This document shows, piece by piece, positions 35,095-47,485 of a stretch of DNA of 64,000 nucleotides. This stretch comes from Blastocladiella emersonii ATCC 22665 (lineage: Eukaryota; Fungi; Blastocladiomycota), in NCBI GenBank assembly GCA_025594325.1, contig JANHCV010000016.1:1-64000 (forward strand), written 5' to 3'. Under the pieces are notes generated by a model. The model did not search any database. It had not been told where the DNA came from and saw only the letters and a list, made by a program, of their open reading frames with translations. The translations under genes and the position numbers were made by a program. The first letter of the stretch is position 1, and each line of letters opens with the position of its first letter.

Positions 35095-37318
35095 TCAGGG
35101 CTCGAGGAGACCGACGAGCTCCTTGGTGAACTTGGCCACCTCGTAGGACGCGGACGCGAGCTTTTGCTTGGACGGCTTGAGCCCGGGGTCGCGCATGATG
35201 GCGTCGCCGTACTCGGCGAGGGCGTCGTTGGACTGCTGCAACCGGTGGAGGATGTCGAACCCGCGGTCGCGCACGTGGCGGGTCGCCGCCGACTGGTCGA
35301 ACGTCGCCGAGCACGCGTTCGACAGCTGCGTCACCACGGTCGTGATCTGCGTCACCGTGTCCATGAACTCGTCGTCGAACGTGTTGTTGCGCATCGCGAT
35401 CAGCAGCGACTGGATCGCCTGAACAATCATGTCCGTCTGCTGCTCCACGAACATGCGCAGGTCCTCGAGCTCGAGCGAGTTGCGCCGCCGGTCCTCGGCC
35501 GCCGCGGCCGCCGCTGCCGACGGGAGCGGCGACGACTGCGACGCGGGCGGCGTCGCGTACATGCCACCGCCGTTCCCGTTCCCCGCACCGCGCACGCCGA
35601 TCAGGTCCGCGAGCTGGTAGATGGTATCGGTGAGCCCGTGCGCGGCGCGCTCGAGCTCGGGCGCCGTGTGCGACGGGTGGTCGGCGCCCGTGGCGTGGGC
35701 CTTGGCGGCGGTCATGAGCGACGTGAGGCAGCCCGTGAGCTGGGTCTTGCAGTGGAGCAGGTCCTCGCGCTGCTGCACCGAGAGGGCGCCGGGCTCGGAC
35801 TCGCGGGCCTCGACGTCCTCGGTGATGGTCTTGCACCCAAACACGATGTTCTTCATGGCGACCAGCACGTCGGTGCGGTTGTCGCTGTGGGCGGCGCGCA
35901 GCAGGCCGTCGACGGCGTCGCGGTACGTGTTGAGCTTGTCCTCGGCGATGGCGCCCGCCGAGTACTGCTGCTGCTGCTGGTACTGCTGCTGCTGCTGGGG
36001 CGCGGGCGACACGGCACGCGCGCCGGCCTGCTGCTGGAGCTGTGCGCGCAGCTGGCGGATGAGCTCCTGGTCGCGGTCGTAAGCGCGGCGGAGGTCGTCG
36101 TTCTCAGCGCGGACCTGCTTGAGCTGGCTGACGATCCGCTCGGCCTCGAGCTTGACGTCCTGGGCGAGCCGCTGCTGCGCGCGGAACTCGGCGTCCATGC
36201 GGGCCTTCTCGTCGCGGGCGGCGCGCAGGGCGGCCTCGAGGTCCTCGTTGACGGCCGACAGCTCGTGGATCTGGTCCTGCAGCGGGCGGACCTGGTCGCG
36301 CTCGTTCTGCAGCTTGGTCTCGAGGATGGTGACGGTCTTGGTCAGCGACGCAATCTTGGCCTCGTACTCGCCGCGCACCGCGTCGAGCTGTGCAGGCGAG
36401 ACGCCGCCCGAGGCGGGGTTACCGCCGCCGTCCTTGACCATGAGGTTGCCGAGATCGGCCATGAGGGCGTCGAGCGACTGGAAGTTGACGCTGCCGGCCT
36501 GCGACCCGGCGTCGGACCGGTTGTCGTCGGCAAACTGCTGCTGCTTGCCGGGCGAGACGGCCGAGGGGCCCGATGCGGAGGGCTTGCCGCCCTGGGCGGG
36601 GGCGAGGAAGCCGCGGTCGGACGCGGGCGACAGCGGCATAGAGAGAGAGTTGGTCCCCGCGTTGGATCCGCGGCGCGCGGCGTTGATGGGCGGGATGCCG
36701 TTGGGCGGTGCGGCCGCGGCGGGCGCGACGGGCGGCGAGGCCATAGACGGGCGGTTCGCAGCGGCAGCCTCTGCCTCGGCCTCGAGGCGCTGGCTGACCT
36801 CGAGGAGGACGGGGAAGCGGACCTCGAGCTCGAAGAAGACGTCGGCGGCGAGGTCCTTGAATCGGTTCTTGGGCAGGGTGGCGAGCTTCTGGCGCGCCTG
36901 GTTGCGCTTCGGGTGGAAGTCGTCGCGCACGGGCAGGAAGGGGACCTCGGCGTCGTTCTGCAGGCGGCGGGTCATTTCGTCGTACACGTCGGTCGACAGC
37001 TCCTGGAACTGCAGCTTGGACAGGCGCGTCAGCTTGTCGCGGGCATTCTGGCGCTGCTGCGAGATGGACTGCTGGTCTACGTAGTGGCGTAACGCGACGA
37101 GGGGGAGGGTAAAGATAGCGACGGTGAGTGACACCACCACGGTCCGCGGCGCCGGAGAAGAGCGTACTGCGATCGGGGTGGTTCTCGAGGAAGCGGCGCA
37201 GCGACTCGTAGTACTGGGCGGCGACCTCGAAGCCCGGGATGACGATGGAGGCGAACGGGCTCGGGCCGCCCGCGGCAGGCGGCGCGGCCGAGTGTGGCGG
37301 CGGCGGTGGTTGGGTCAT
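35095..37318 (-). CDS. SPA2: Spa2/GIT-type polarity scaffold (Spa2 homology domain, coiled coil, GIT-like helical C-terminus)
   Basis: [27 protein letters not shown] and [33 protein letters not shown] are the SHD-I tandem repeats; intron 37167-37077. Confidence 0.85.
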
Positions 37319-38043
37319 GGCGGGACGGCCGTGACGGGGGCGGGGCGGGCGCGTTGCGGCGTGTGCGGTTGATGTTACGTTGCGGTTTACGTGGTGGTGT
37401 ATGCTACGTTCGAGGTGAGGAGAGCGTGAGTGGGCGCCGAAGCAGTGTGGTGGTGGCGTCGAGGCGCGGCGCGGGCGTGTCCTTCGTCTCCCGCTGCAAC
37501 TCGCCTCTCCTCACCTCGCCTCTCCCGCTCGGAACAGCGCCGGATCCGGAACGCCGGCGTAGCGCGCACGCGGGACGCCAACCCCCGCACTCGCGGACAC
37601 GCGGGCCCCGGTGACGGTGCAGTGGCGCAGGCGACGCCGCCGTGTCCGCGGCCGCCGTGAAAGTGGGCTCTACGGACCTCCTCCTTCAACGAGCTTCGAG
37701 CAGCGGGAGACGAAGCAGTTCCCGGCTTAACCTCGCACTCGGAACCCTGCAAGCGAGCGCGGCGGGCGCATGCACGGTTGCTCGCGCCTCGGATCGGGTG
37801 CCTCCGACTCTCAACGGCCTCCTCTGGCCTCCTCTCTCGCAAGATTGAGTCGACGGCGGCGGCGGCATGGTGGCGAAGTCGGCCGCGGCCCACGCGGGCC
37901 AGCCCTGGCAAGGGAACTGGCCCTGGGTCGCGACGCGTGACGGGGACCGCCCACGTGATGCCCGGGATCGCTGCACCGCGCGCTTCGAGAGCGAGCCCGG
38001 CCGGCCCTCCGTGCCAGCTCGGCAACATACCTCAGTCTGTGCA

Positions 38044-40110
38044 ATGGATCACTCGCCACCAGCGGCAACCGACGACGGATACGTCAAGGTGTGCGCCCTG
38101 CGCGCCCGTCGCGTCGTGTTCGCGAACCAACCTGTTCGGATGACGGTGTAGAGGGACATTATCACCTACCTCCTCAACTTTCCCGCCTCCACCTTTGACA
38201 GCCTCTACAAGCAGCCCGCAACATGTCTCGCCATCTTCCGGTGCGTGGTTGCCGCGCGGTCCACGACCCCACTGATTGCGCTGACTCGATCGCACTGTCC
38301 AGGCTGCTCCCGCCGCTCTCCAAGCAGATCGTCATGCGCATGCTTTACCTCCACTACCCGCTCGCCACCGCTGAGATGCACTCGTGGGTGCGCGAGGACT
38401 CGATTGCGTACGCACACTCGCCTCGCACGCACCCCACCGATCACTAAGAGCACCGCCCCCACTCACAGCCAGATGAACGCCGCCCTCGAGCGCGCCAGCA
38501 AGTTCAAGATCCTGCAGTGCGACGCCAACCAGTGGTCGCTGCACGAGACGTTCCGGTCCGAGTTCCAGAACGCGCTGACGGGCCGCGGCCTGCAGAGCAG
38601 CTTCGGCTCCCTCGCCACGGGGTCCGACCGCCACGCCGTCGACATCCCGTTTCTCGACAACTCGGCCAAGGAGAGCTGGGAGGCCGTGCTGCAGTTCATG
38701 GTCGGCACCGCCAACATCTCGTCGCCGCCGCTCGCCGTCCTCAAGATCCTCGAAGACTCGCACCTCATGAAGCGGTCTTCGGAGCACGGCCCGCTCGTCA
38801 TCACCCACCACGGCTTCCAGTTCCTCCTCCAGGACATCAACTCGCAGGTCTGGGCCCTGTTGCTCCAGTACCTCGACCTCATCACCAGCGGCGAGCTCGG
38901 CATGGCCGAGGTCGACGTGCTCAACTTTTTGTTCCTGCTCAGCTCCATGGAGCTCGGCGCCGCCTACTCGACCGAGGTCCTCAGCGACACCCAAAAGGCC
39001 GTGCTCAAGGACATGAAGGCGTTCGGCATTGTGTACCAGCGCAAGAGCAAGCACAAGCGCTTCTACCCGACGCGCCTCGCCACCACGCTGACCAACGGGA
39101 AGCTCGCGATCCGGCACGCCGAGGGCGAGCAGGACGGGTTCATCCTGCTCGAGACCAACTTCCGCCTGTACGCGTACACGGCGTCGTCGCTGCAGATCTC
39201 GATCCTCGAGCTGTTCGTCAACATCTCGGCCAAGTTCCCCAACTTCGTTTTGGGGGTGATCACCCGCGACTCGATCCTGCGCGCCGTCGCCAAGGGCATC
39301 ACCGCCGAGCAGATCATCGCCTTCCTCACCAACAACGCCCACCCGCTCATGCGCAAGAACTCGCCCGTCCTCCCCGTCACCGTCGTCGACCAGCTGCGCC
39401 TGTGGGAAATGGAGACCAAGCGGCTCCACTCGGCCCGCGGGCGACTCTTCTCCGGGTTCCCCAACGCCCGCGAGTTCGATATCCTCGTCGAATACGCCAA
39501 GTCCATCGACGCCGTCCTCTGGGCCTCCCGCGACGCGCTCTCGTTCGTCGTCCGCGAGGAGAGCTACAAGTCCATCGACGCGTTCATCGCCAACACCAAG
39601 AAGCGGCGCCTTGAGCGCGCCCAGATCCAGCGCGACCGCGAGCGTGAGGCTGCCGCGGCCGCGGCGGCAGCGGCGGGAGCGAGTGCACGGCCACCGCCTC
39701 CTCCGCCGCAGGCGCGCGATGATCACCACCAGCACCACCATGGCAACCATCACCATCACCCTCATCCTCACAACCCGCAGCACCAGCAACCTCCGCACCA
39801 CCACCGCGGCAGCTCCTCGCACTCGCACTCGGCTTCCGCGGACCGCCGCCACCAGCACCACGCGCAGCATCAACAGCCCCTGCAGCAGCCGTACGCGCCG
39901 CAGGTGCCGCCACCCAACCGGACGCACCACCACCACCACTCGGCCGGCCGTCCCGCTCACGGCGGGCACCACCACCCGCAGCAGCAACACGACGGTGTTG
40001 GTCGGCCATCGTCGCACGGCCTCCCGCCGCGGCCGCTCGAGCGCCCGCCGCCGCCGCCGTCGCAGCAGCCGCAGCAGCAGCCCCCTCCGCCGCGCCGGCT
40101 CCCGTACTAG
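38044..40110 (+). CDS. TFB2: TFIIH subunit p52 (Tfb2/GTF2H4) with His/Gln/Pro-rich C-terminal extension
   Basis: LYKQPATCLAIFR|LLPPLSKQIVMRML, ITHHGFQFLLQD, RFYPTRLA, ILLETNFRLYAYT, PVTVVDQLRLWEME motifs. Confidence 0.93.
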
Positions 40111-40198
40111 CTGTAATACACTCGCGTAGGCCCGTTTTGATGCATAGTAGTTTGTGTATATCATCCTCGCTCCACCTCCCCGTCCGCGTCACGACCGA

Positions 40199-41872
40199 CT
40201 AGTACCCGCCGTTCCGCTGCATATCGTTGAGCGTCGACTGCAGCTTGCTCGCGGCGTCGGACGCGAGACTCTTGAGCGTGGTGATATCCGCGGCCGCCTG
40301 CGTCGCGAGCTTGCGCGCAAACTCGCGCGCCGACTCCTCGACGGCGCTGAAATCCGTGCCCCCACCCGGACTCCGCGCCGGCCCTGCCCCCGCGGCCGCG
40401 TCTTCGGGCCGCCCAAAGTACGCCGACGACGAGATGGCGCGTGCGCCCGAGAACTGCGACAGGCGTGCGCGGTCCTCGTCGGACGTGGGCGCGTGCGCGT
40501 TGCGCCCGAAATACATGTCGGACGAGATGGATTTCGCGCCCGAGAAGCGGTTCTGCGCGTCCGTCGACGGGTTCATCGGGCCCGACGGTTTCGGCGGGGT
40601 CCGGCCCGTGTTGAGCGATAGCTTGCCCATGCCCATCCCCAGACGGTCCATGTTCGGGCCCGCGATCACGGGCGCGGGGGCCGGCGCGGCCGCGGCGACG
40701 GGGGCGGCGGGGGTAGGGGCGGGCGAAGCAGCGGCGGCGGGAGTGGGGACCGACGGTGGGCGCGCAATCGCGCTAGCAGCGGCCGGAGCAGCCGGCGCGA
40801 GCGCGGCGGTGGCGGGGAACGCGGCCGCGGTCGGCGACAGCGCAAGCTGCTGCTTGCGCGTCTCCTCGACGGCCTTGGCCTGGGCCTCGGCGGCCGCGAA
40901 ATCGAACGGCGCGGCCGTCGCGCCGAGACCCTTGGGCTTGTTGGCGCGCACGGGGCCCGAGCTCAGGCCGAGTGGCCGGGCGCCGGGCGCGGCCACGGGC
41001 GCGAAAGGGTTGGCGGCCGCGACGGTGGAGGGAGTGCCGGTGCTGCCGAAGAGGGCGGGGCCCGGGGTGAACGGGTTGGTCGTGGTGAACGGGTTCGGGG
41101 TCGCGGTGATCCCGCCCGCGCCCGTGGAGCCGGCGGCGGGGCCGAACGAGGAGAAGAAGTCGGTCGTCGACGTCGACGCCGAGGCCGGCGCGTCCTCGAT
41201 GGCGACCTTGCCGGGGTTCCTGGAGTCGCGAGCGTGTGGGTCAGTGTCGGGTCCGAGGCCCGGGATGCACGAAGGAGAGCGTACCGCTTGCGGTCATCCT
41301 CGGCGAGCGCCTTGAGGCGGTCCTTCCACAGGGCCGCAGCGCGGCTCGAGTACTTTGCGGGGATGTCCTTGGTGGTACCGGCGTTGCCGCCGTGCTGCTT
41401 GAAGAACTCGGACGCGGCCTGGTTGCCGCCGCACTTCATGGTGCGCAGCTGGTCCCACGTCTAGGAGTTGGGGGGAATGTCAGTCGCGTCTCTGCGCGTG
41501 GGCGGGAGGCGAGCGGGCGTACCCATGTGTCGAGAATCGTCGACCGGACGAACGAGATGTGCACGCCGAGGTTGCGGTGGTGGCCCGAGCAGTCTGCGGC
41601 GCGTATGGAGCGTCGTCAGTCACAGTACCGTCGGAGGAACCGTGGCAGCAGGGGAAATGCGCACCGAGGCAGATGTAGATGCCGAGGGGAATCGACGCCC
41701 ACGTCGGGGCCGTCGCGCCGCAGTCGAAGCAGTTCTACGCATTCACCGACGTGCGTCAGTGGCACAGGTCCCCCAAACACGGACGGGCAGGCGCACTCAC
41801 CTGGTTGGCGCGCTGCTTCCCCTTGAGCTTCTTGAACAGGTCATCAATTTCCTGGCGCGTCGGCTCTTGCAT
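40199..41872 (-). CDS. GLO3: ArfGAP of the Glo3/ArfGAP2/3 type, multi-exon
   Basis: CFDCGA..PTWAS...GIYICL|[35 protein letters not shown] zinc finger; C-terminal [11 protein letters not shown] and [11 protein letters not shown] Glo3 motif. Confidence 0.92.
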
Positions 41873-42149
41873 GGTGGCGGTGTGGTTTGGTATCGTTGCA
41901 GCGAGTCTGCGTGTGCTGTGCACGGCTTCGTGGTATCGCGGAGGGACAGCGGGGGAGAGGGCGGCGAGGGCGCGCAGGATGGAAGAGACACGACCGATCG
42001 CGCCGCCACAGCCACACTCGGTAACGTGGCGTCTGGGCGTCACCTGACGGGCGCGTCCACGCGTCGCTCTTTGCGGGGAGCAGGCCTCTCGTCCTTCAAG
42101 CTCTGCCCCAAGTCGAGTAACCCCAAACCTTCAATGTGAACCTGATGCA

Positions 42150-45100
42150 ATGACCGCCGCCGCTTTGCCCACGACCATCTCGCGCGTCGACGCCAACATC
42201 CAGCACCTGTCGCAGCTCGCGGCATGGCTGTTCCCGACCTCCGTCTCCGCTGGTGGTGACGAGCGCGAGACGGCTACCGTCCCGTCGCCAATCCGCTCGC
42301 TCAACCTGCACGGCAACCTCGTCTCGCGCATGGACCCGTCGGTCCTGCAGCGCATGGCCTTCCTGACCTCGCTCGACCTCTCGTCCAACGAGATTTCGGA
42401 GATCGAGGGGCTCGCCGGCCTCCGGCTCCTGCGCATCCTGAACCTCGCCAACAACCGGGTATGCTCTCACCGCACGTCGCACTCTCCCCGGTGGGCACTG
42501 ACACCTGCCGCGCCGCGCCGCGCCGCGATTCCCGTGCGAGGAGAGATATCGCGCATCCAGGGACTCGAGACGCTGATGGGCCTGCGCAAGCTCGTGCTCG
42601 CGCACAACGCCATCGACTCGCTCGTCGGGATCGTCCACCTGCACGGGCCGGGATACGCGCTCGAGGTGCTCGACGTGCGCGGGAACGCGATCGCGGCGTC
42701 GCCTGAGTTGTATTACCTCTCTGGGCTCATCGTACGTCGCTTGCTTACTTGTCGCTATCGCTGGCCGGCTGACACGCGCGCTACGAGTAGAATCTGCGAC
42801 ATCTGCTGCTCGAAGGCAACCCCATCTCGGACGACGCGAGCACGCAGGGCATCGTGTGGTCGCTCTCGCGCTCGCTGCAGTCGCTCGACCGCATCGACCG
42901 CAACGGCGCGCCCGTCCAGGTCGGCATCGACATGTCGTTCCTCCTCCCCGACACGAGCATCCCGCTCCCCGCACCACCGACCTCAGCACCGCCTGCTCCG
43001 GCCGTAGCCGCACCAGCACCTGTTTGTCTGCCGCCGCAGCCCATGGCTGCTGATCCCGCGCCGCTGCCGCACCAGTTCCCGAGCCCCGCGAAACCCACGT
43101 TACAACCACCGCCGCCGCCCGACCCGGCCCTCGTGCAGCTGCACACCATGATGGCCGACCTAATCCGCGCCATGTCGAGCCAGTTCAAGGCCGCGGGGCT
43201 CGATTCGGAGCTGTCGGCCGTGAAACAGCAGCTCGCCAAGCTCGAGAGCGCCGCGACCAAGGCCCAGACCGCTCGCCGCCCCGTGCAACCACCCCCGCCG
43301 CCACCAGCTCCCGACGCTGCAGTCGACGCTGCGTCCCGCGCCGCGACCCAGCAGACCCTCGCGGCACTCGAGCTCGAGACCCGCCGCATGCAGCAGGTCG
43401 AGCACGACCGCGCGCGCGAGATGCGCGGGATCGCGGAACAGCTCCAGGCCGAGCGCGCGCGGTCGGCGGCGGTCGCCAGGGAGCTCGAAACGGCGCGTTC
43501 GCGAGTTGCGGTCCTCGAGCGCGAGTGTGCGTCCGCCAAGGACGGGTTGTCGCGCGAGGCGGCCGTGCGCGTCGCCCTTGAGCGGCGGCTGCGGATCGCC
43601 GAGACTGAGGGGAAACGTGCGCTGGCCAAGGCGGTCCGCGATAAGGAGGCTGCGCGGGAGAAGCTCGCTGAGGTACACTGGCTTTGTCCGTGCCACTCGA
43701 GTGTTGCTAACTCTCATTGCTCGTGTAGTCAAAGGAGCAGCTCGCGTCGCTCAAAAACATTGTTCGCGACGTGTCGGTTGACGTGCAGGCGCTGCGCGAC
43801 CAGATCCGCGAGCAGGAGCGCAAGCACCAGGCCCAGCTTCAAGACGCTCAGCGGTACGCTCTCCACCAAATGCCCTCGCAACCTGTGCCAACCCACTCCG
43901 CCGTGTATAGACGCCACGACGCCGAGCTCGCCTCGGTGCGCTCGACACTGGCGCAGCAGCACGAGGCCAACACGCGCGACCTGCACCGGCAAGTCGACGA
44001 AGCCAAGACCGCACGCGCGGCGCTCGAGTGTGACCTCGTCCGCGCCACGGCCGAGCAGGCGGCGCACGTCAAGGACGCACAGGCCGAGATCGCGCGCGTG
44101 CACGAGCGCAACGCGGCGCTGCAGCGCCAGCTCGACGAGTCCCTCGCGCAAGCGGCCGACCTCCGCGCGCAGCTCGACACCCAGACACGCGAGAAGCAGG
44201 ACCTCGGGCGCGTCGTGCACGCGCAGCAGGCCAAGATCGCGGGGCTCGCGCAGTCGGTGACCGACCTCGAGCAGCTGTACGAGCACAAGACCAAGAAGCT
44301 CGCTGACAAGCTGCGCGCCGCGCACGCCGCGGCCGAAGCTGCGCGCACACACGCAAAACAGACGGCGCTGCAGTACACGAACCGCGTGCATGCCGGCGAC
44401 CGCGCGGTCGCTGAGCTCGAGGGCGTGCGCCGCGAGCTCGAGCAGGTGCGCGGCGAGGCCAAAGCGGCGAGCAAGGACCTGGGCCGCGTGTGCGCCGAGC
44501 TCGCGGCCGCGCAGCAGGCGGTGCGGATCAAGGACAAGCAGGTCGAGGACCAGGCCGAGTCGCTGCGCACGCTGAAAGCGAATCTCGCCGCCAAGGTCGC
44601 TGAGTTCAACGAGGTCAAGCGGGCGGCCGAGGGCGCGCGCGAGATGCAGTTCGAGGTGCGTGCGCTTGCTCACTCATCACCCGACTCGACGACTGACCTC
44701 CTTTTGCTAGAGTAGCTCCAGCACCGCGAGCGCGAGGTGCAGCAGCTCGAGGACCTGGCGAGCCAGTACCGTGCGGAGCGCAACGAGGCGCGCGACCAGG
44801 CTGCCGCGCTGCACGCCAAGCTCGAGGAGCGCAACGAGCCTCTGGCGCTGATCGAGGCCGAAGCCGCCAAACTGCGCGCCACGTTCGCGGCCAAGCTCGA
44901 GCGCGCCGAGGGCGACGTGCGCGACAAGCTCGCCGCGCGCGATTTGGCGGTCGACGAGCTCAAGCGGCTCCTGCAGCAGACGCAGGCGCGGCTCACGGCG
45001 ACCGAGCAGGACCGCGACGCGCGCGCCGTCGAGCTCGCCCAAGTCCAGCGCCGCGCGGCCGAGCTGTACGACCAGCTCCGCGCCGCGACGCACGCGAAGC

Positions 45101-45255
45101 AAGTCGAGGTGCACCGTGTCACGGGGCAGTACCGCGCCCTCGCGAACAAGTGGCGCGCCATGTGCCAGCTGTTCGGTATGGCGGCCACGGGCGCCGCGAT
45201 GGAGGCCCCGGACGCGGGCTTCGGGCCGGCGCCGTTTGACGTGTCGATTGGCTGA
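42150..45255 (+). CDS. LRRCC1: Leucine-rich repeat and coiled-coil centriolar protein (LRRCC1/VFL1-like), multi-exon
   Basis: N-terminal LRRs (SLNLHGNL..LDLSSNEISEIEGL..LHGPGYALEVLDVRGNAI) followed by long Ala/Glu/Arg/Gln coiled coils. Confidence 0.72.
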
Positions 45256-45478
45256 GTAATCGCGGAAAATCTCGTCTGCCCCCGATCTTTATGAGCTCAC
45301 GTTGATGGCCAACTGATCCGGCGGGCCGCGCGGCGGAGGGCACAAGCGCGATCTCAACACCACGCGACGCGACGCGCCCGATCGGCACGACGCGTGGGAG
45401 CGCGGTCGCCGGATCCCTTGAAGTCCAACAGCCCTCGCGACCCACCCTCGCTCTCTCAACAACGACCTCATTATTGCA

Positions 45479-47327
45479 ATGGATCCATCCGCCGTCCTCG
45501 CATCCGTAACAACCGCCCTCGCGCCGCTGCAGCTCGAGACGCGGCTCGCCCCGCTGCTCACCCTTGTTCGCGTCCTCGGCCCGCGCAAGTCGGCCCTCCT
45601 CACAGCGCTGGCCACGGCCACGGTGCTTGGTGCGCGGTTCTGGTACCGCAGCATCCGCGTGCCGCCGGGCCTGCGGCACCTGCCGCGGCTCTCGATCGCG
45701 CAGACGTTCACGGTGCTCACGTCGGGCGCCGGGTTCTTTGACGCGTTCGACGCGCAGATCAAGCTCGTGCGCGCTGACGCGCTCCGGCGCGGCGTGATTC
45801 GCAGCGACAAGGAGACGCCGAAACACTGGGCGTTCTGGTTGTATGTATCGGTCGGCTGCTGGCATTACTGGCGTGGCGCGTACTGACAGGTTCGCGTGTG
45901 CGTTCGCGTAGCCTCGGGAAGTGGAGCGTGGTGACGGCCAACCCCGAGGACATGAAGCAGGTATTCACGGGACACGAGCAGTTCGAGAAGTTCGACTTCA
46001 GCGGCCTGACGCTTTCGGCGACGCGTGACTTCCTCGGCGACAACGTTGCCCTGTCGCAGACGCCCGTGTGGAAGCGGCAGCGCAAGGTCGTCAACCCGGC
46101 GTTCCGGCGCGGGTGGGCCACGTCCATCTTCGGTCCGCCCGCGCGCGTCCTGCTCTCCGAGCTCGACAAGCTCGAGGCGCAGCGCACGCCCGTCGACGTC
46201 GCCGATTACATGCAGCGCATGACGCTCGACGCGCTGTAGCAGGCGGCGTTTGGGACCAACTTCAACGCGCTCGAGAACCCGCACTCGGATATGGCGACCA
46301 GCTACCACACGGCCATGGCCGGGCTCGCCAACCTCAAGCTGGTCATGCTGTGGCCGTTCTCCCTGTTCATGTCCGACTATTGGGCGTACAAGCGCGCCGT
46401 CGCCAAGTTCAACACGTACATCTACCAACTGATCGACGCCAAGGCGGCCGAGGTCGCCAAGCGTCGCGGGAACACGGCGGCGGCGGCAGCGGGTGCGGGC
46501 GAGGACGTTGACGACGCCAAGGACCTCCTCGAGCTCATGGTCGCGGCGGGCGAGTCGGGCGGGTTCTCGCGCGAGGAGCTGCGCGCCAACGTCGTCATCT
46601 TCTTCATTGCCGTACGTTCATCGTTCATCGCCTGCATCATTTAAGCTCGTGTCTAACTCTGCCGTCTCGCATCTAGGGCCACGACACGACGGCCAACGCG
46701 CTGACGTTCGTGCTGTACGTGCTCGGCCGCAACCCGGAAATCCAGCGCAAGGCGCGCGCCGAGGTGCTCGCCCTCATAGGCGACGCGGACCAGGGCACGG
46801 CCGCCGCTGACTTCCCGTACCCGACCAACGACGCGCAGAACCGCATGTCGTACCTGACGTGCGTCATCAAGGAGACGATGCGCCTGTTCCCGAGCGTGTG
46901 CGTGCTGCCAATGCGCGAGGTCAGCACGGACGGGAAACTCGGCGGCGGGTCGCTCGAGGTGCCCGCGGGGACCACGGTCAGCGCGCACATCTACGCGGTG
47001 CACCACGCGCGCGAGTACTGGGGCGACGACGCGGACGCGTTCCGTCCCGAGCGGTGGGCCGACCTGGGGGTGAGCACCGACGGGGCGATCCCGCTGCACC
47101 CGGGCGAGCACGACTTCAAGTGGGTCCCGTTTGGCGGCGGGCAGCGGATCTGCCTCGGGCAGCAGTTCTCTATCATCGAGCAGCGCGTCATCCTGTCCAT
47201 GCTCCTCCTGCGCTACGAGTGGACCGTCGCGGGCAACGACGCGGCGCTTGCGGGTCGCCCCGACGTTAGTCCCGGCACGCTGCTCCACGGCAAGGACATT
47301 TTCCTCGACCTCAAGCGTCGAAACTGA
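45479..47327 (+). pseudogene. Cytochrome P450 (CYP-C) with an in-frame premature TAG
   Basis: All P450 motifs present, but ...MTLDAL-TAG(46237-46239)-QAAFGTNF, where CYP-B reads VTLDAL-S-QAAFGTNF; the frame continues after the stop. Confidence 0.75.
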
Positions 47328-47485
47328 GCCGTGTGTGTGAGAAGAGCTTTGCTTGAACAACGCGTCTTGTGGTGGTGCCTGAAACAGCCACCTCCACCGC
47401 CCCGCACCGCACCGTCCGACGTCAAAACGGGCCTCGCTCCATCGCACCACGCTCTCTCTCCTCCAGCTCGCACCCTTGCACAACC

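Noticed and set aside
34804-37092. 762-aa plus-strand ORF
   Set aside because: Antisense shadow of SPA2, a result of strong codon bias.
38332-40164. 610-aa minus-strand ORF
   Set aside because: Antisense shadow of TFB2.
46237-46239. Stop-codon reassignment as the explanation of the P450 TAG
   Set aside because: TAG terminates several other genes in the window (GATA, TFB2, GLO3, RasGEF-like).
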